Shown here piece by piece: positions 62,170-64,000 of a DNA stretch of 64,000 nt. Position numbers and translations under genes: made by a program. The DNA comes from Alphaproteobacteria bacterium (lineage in GTDB: Bacteria; Pseudomonadota; Alphaproteobacteria; CALKHQ01), in assembly GCA_965227515.1 (NCBI GenBank), contig CBDDFZ010000001.1, forward strand, positions 1,888,001 through 1,952,000. Direction: 5' to 3'. A model generated the notes under the pieces. It saw only the letters and a list, made by a program, of their open reading frames with translations, had not been told where the DNA came from and searched no databases. Numbering within the stretch: position 1 is the stretch's first letter; every line of letters starts with the position of its first letter.

Positions 62170-62987
62170 GCGGGCTTTCGAACAGCGCCGCGGCGCATGG
62201 GGTGGGTGCGGCCGATCTGGATCGCGCGCTCGATGACATCGTCGATATCGCGCTTGCCGCCGGCCGCGCCATCATGACGATCTACGAGGCCGGGCCCACC
62301 GCTGCCGAGGACAAGGCCGACGGCTCGCCGGTGACCGCCGCCGACCGCGCCGCCGATGCGGTGATCCGCGACCGGCTGATCGCAGCATGGCCCGATGTGG
62401 CGCTGATCACGGAGGAAAGCGTCGACGAGGCCGGCCCGGCGCTGGCGGCGATGGCGCGCGGCGAAGACTTCTGGCTGGTCGACCCGTTGGACGGCACCAA
62501 GGAGTACATCGCCCGCAATGGCGAGTTCACCGTCAACATCGCGCTGGTGCAGGCGGGCACGCCGAAGCTGGGCGTTGTGCACGCACCCGCTCTGAAGCGT
62601 ACCTACGCCGGCATCGTCGGTGTCGGCGCCTGGACGGTGGCGGCGGACGGCACCCGCAGGCCCATCGCGGCGCGCACGCCACCGGATGACGGCCTCGTCG
62701 TCGTCGGCAGCCGGCGTCATGGCGACCCGGCCCTGATGGACGCGGCCCTGGCCGGCCGCAAGGTCGCCGAGCAGCGCTCCATCGGCAGCTCGCTGAAGTT
62801 CACCCTGCTCGCCGAGGGCACGGCCGACGTCTATCCGCGCTTCGGCCCGACCATGGAGTGGGACACCGCCGCCGGCCATGCGGTGCTGCTGGCGGCCGGC
62901 GGCCGGGTGCTGAACAACGACGGCACCCCGCTCGCCTATGCCAAGCCGGACCTGCGCAACCCGCACTTCATCGCCTGGGGCGAGTGA
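62166..62987 (+). CDS. cysQ: 3'(2'),5'-bisphosphate nucleotidase
   Basis: KADGSPVTAAD, TEE, VDPLDGTKE, GSSLKF, EWDTAAG. Confidence 0.95.
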   Translation: MSGLSNSAAAHGVGAADLDRALDDIVDIALAAGRAIMTIYEAGPTAAEDKADGSPVTAADRAADAVIRDRLIAAWPDVALITEESVDEAGPALAAMARGEDFWLVDPLDGTKEYIARNGEFTVNIALVQAGTPKLGVVHAPALKRTYAGIVGVGAWTVAADGTRRPIAARTPPDDGLVVVGSRRHGDPALMDAALAGRKVAEQRSIGSSLKFTLLAEGTADVYPRFGPTMEWDTAAGHAVLLAAGGRVLNNDGTPLAYAKPDLRNPHFIAWGE

Positions 62988-63002
62988 TCGCGCACTGGGT
63001 CC

Positions 63003-63371
63003 CTATGCATCGCTCAACGCCGAGCGGCAGGCGTCCTCAAGCACTGAAAGGTGCTGGGAGACTACGGTCCAAATCTTGTCTACCGAGATGTTGTCGTAGT
63101 CGTGCCGGAGTATGTTGCCGATTCCCTTGATTGCGCTCCAGTCGACATGCTCGGCAATGGAGGACAGTTCAAAGTCCGGTGTAAGTCTCCGCTCGAACTT
63201 CTCCAGCTTGCGCACAGCTTCGCTAATATTGAGCAAAGCACGCTCCACTTCATATTGTGCCTTGATATCTGAACGGTAGGTCTCAAGCGTCTGATCAGTG
63301 ATGAATGAGCCTATGCGTTCAATTTCACCGATAATTGCGGCGAGGTAATAATTCCTAGAAGATTCGGACAT
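63003..63371 (-). CDS. HEPN/DUF86 (HepT-like) toxin
   Basis: VERALLNISEA, W..IKGIGNILRHDY; overlaps MNT gene. Confidence 0.88.
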   Translation of the reverse strand: MSESSRNYYLAAIIGEIERIGSFITDQTLETYRSDIKAQYEVERALLNISEAVRKLEKFERRLTPDFELSSIAEHVDWSAIKGIGNILRHDYDNISVDKIWTVVSQHLSVLEDACRSALSDA

Positions 63372-63654
63372 GCTCGCGCGTAAAGTTTTGGCTGACATGG
63401 GGTGCCAGCCGGCTTTCGTCTGCCAGATCGAAATTGTCCGTGCCAAGACAACGCTCGATGGCGGCTGCGACGCCGCCGAGATCCATCAGGTCCTTGACGA
63501 TTTCATCATCGTACAATGCCGCAAGGTCAATATCGGAGCCTGGCTCGCTGTCGCCGCGCACTGAGGACCCAAAAACTGCCAAACTGCGCACGCCCAATCG
63601 CTGCAGTTCGACGCGGCCATTCCTCAATTTGGTGATGATCTGATCGCGATCCAT
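63355..63654 (-). CDS. Minimal nucleotidyltransferase (MntA-like antitoxin)
   Basis: GVRSLAVFGSSVRGDSEPGSDIDL (GS-X10-DXD). Confidence 0.9.
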   Translation of the reverse strand: MDRDQIITKLRNGRVELQRLGVRSLAVFGSSVRGDSEPGSDIDLAALYDDEIVKDLMDLGGVAAAIERCLGTDNFDLADESRLAPHVSQNFTREHVRIF

Positions 63655-63736
63655 GGCGAAAATAGTGCCACAGATGCCGCGATTGCGCCAACAGTGCACT
63701 ATCGAGCGGTCTGATAGTGAGAGGGAGGGTAGCGCA

Positions 63737-64000
63737 ATGGACGAAGTCAGGGTCGGGTTTGTCGGCGCGGGCCGCATTTCCAGCCTGCACGCGGCGGAGT
63801 ATCTGGCCAATCCGCGCGGGCGCATCGTCGCCGTCTGCGACGCAAACCTTGAGATCGCGCGGCACCAGGCGGCGGCCTGGGGCGTGCCGGACAACCGCGT
63901 GTTCGACAACTGGGACGCGCTGCTGGCGGTCGACGAGGTCGACCTGGTCGAGGTGCTGCTGCCCCACCACCTGCACAAGCCGGCGACGCTGGCCGCCATT
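63737..64000 (+). CDS. Gfo/Idh/MocA family oxidoreductase (runs off window end)
   Basis: Manual translation MDEVRVGFVGAGRISSLH...VAVCD...EVDLVEVLLPHHLH. Confidence 0.9.
   Translation, partial: MDEVRVGFVGAGRISSLHAAEYLANPRGRIVAVCDANLEIARHQAAAWGVPDNRVFDNWDALLAVDEVDLVEVLLPHHLHKPATLAAI

Overview
High-GC alphaproteobacterial chromosome segment, probably Rhodospirillales-like (inferred from the ffh-rpsP, cpdR-tRNA-Val and ccmA/acnA gene arrangements and a CtrA box). It is mostly housekeeping and metabolic: rpsP, ffh, a GcvT-like/PhyH/soxBDAG methylamine-type cluster, argC, uvrB, msrB, lysA, a complete ccmABCDEFGHI operon, acnA, comF, grxC and cysQ. It also holds tRNA-Val(GAC), an MmgR/suhB-like sRNA, and at least four families of intergenic palindromic repeats. 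Two loci stand out. (1) An intact IS110-family (IS1111-type) element at 23521-24949 sits exactly in the GTAG of a REP. Its non-coding right end carries four short segments matching both sides of the target and of the circle junction, arranged in two predicted internal loops, so it looks like a bridge/seek RNA readable from sequence alone. (2) An AT-rich islet (about 18660-21070) between a truncated Fic gene and uvrB encodes an unknown 382-aa soluble protein coupled to a 4-TM membrane protein (RexAB-like layout, candidate anti-phage system). A divergent 96-aa Zn-binding-like ORF lies next to it, with a LexA-type box between them. All product calls come from manual motif recognition; no searches or folding programs were run.
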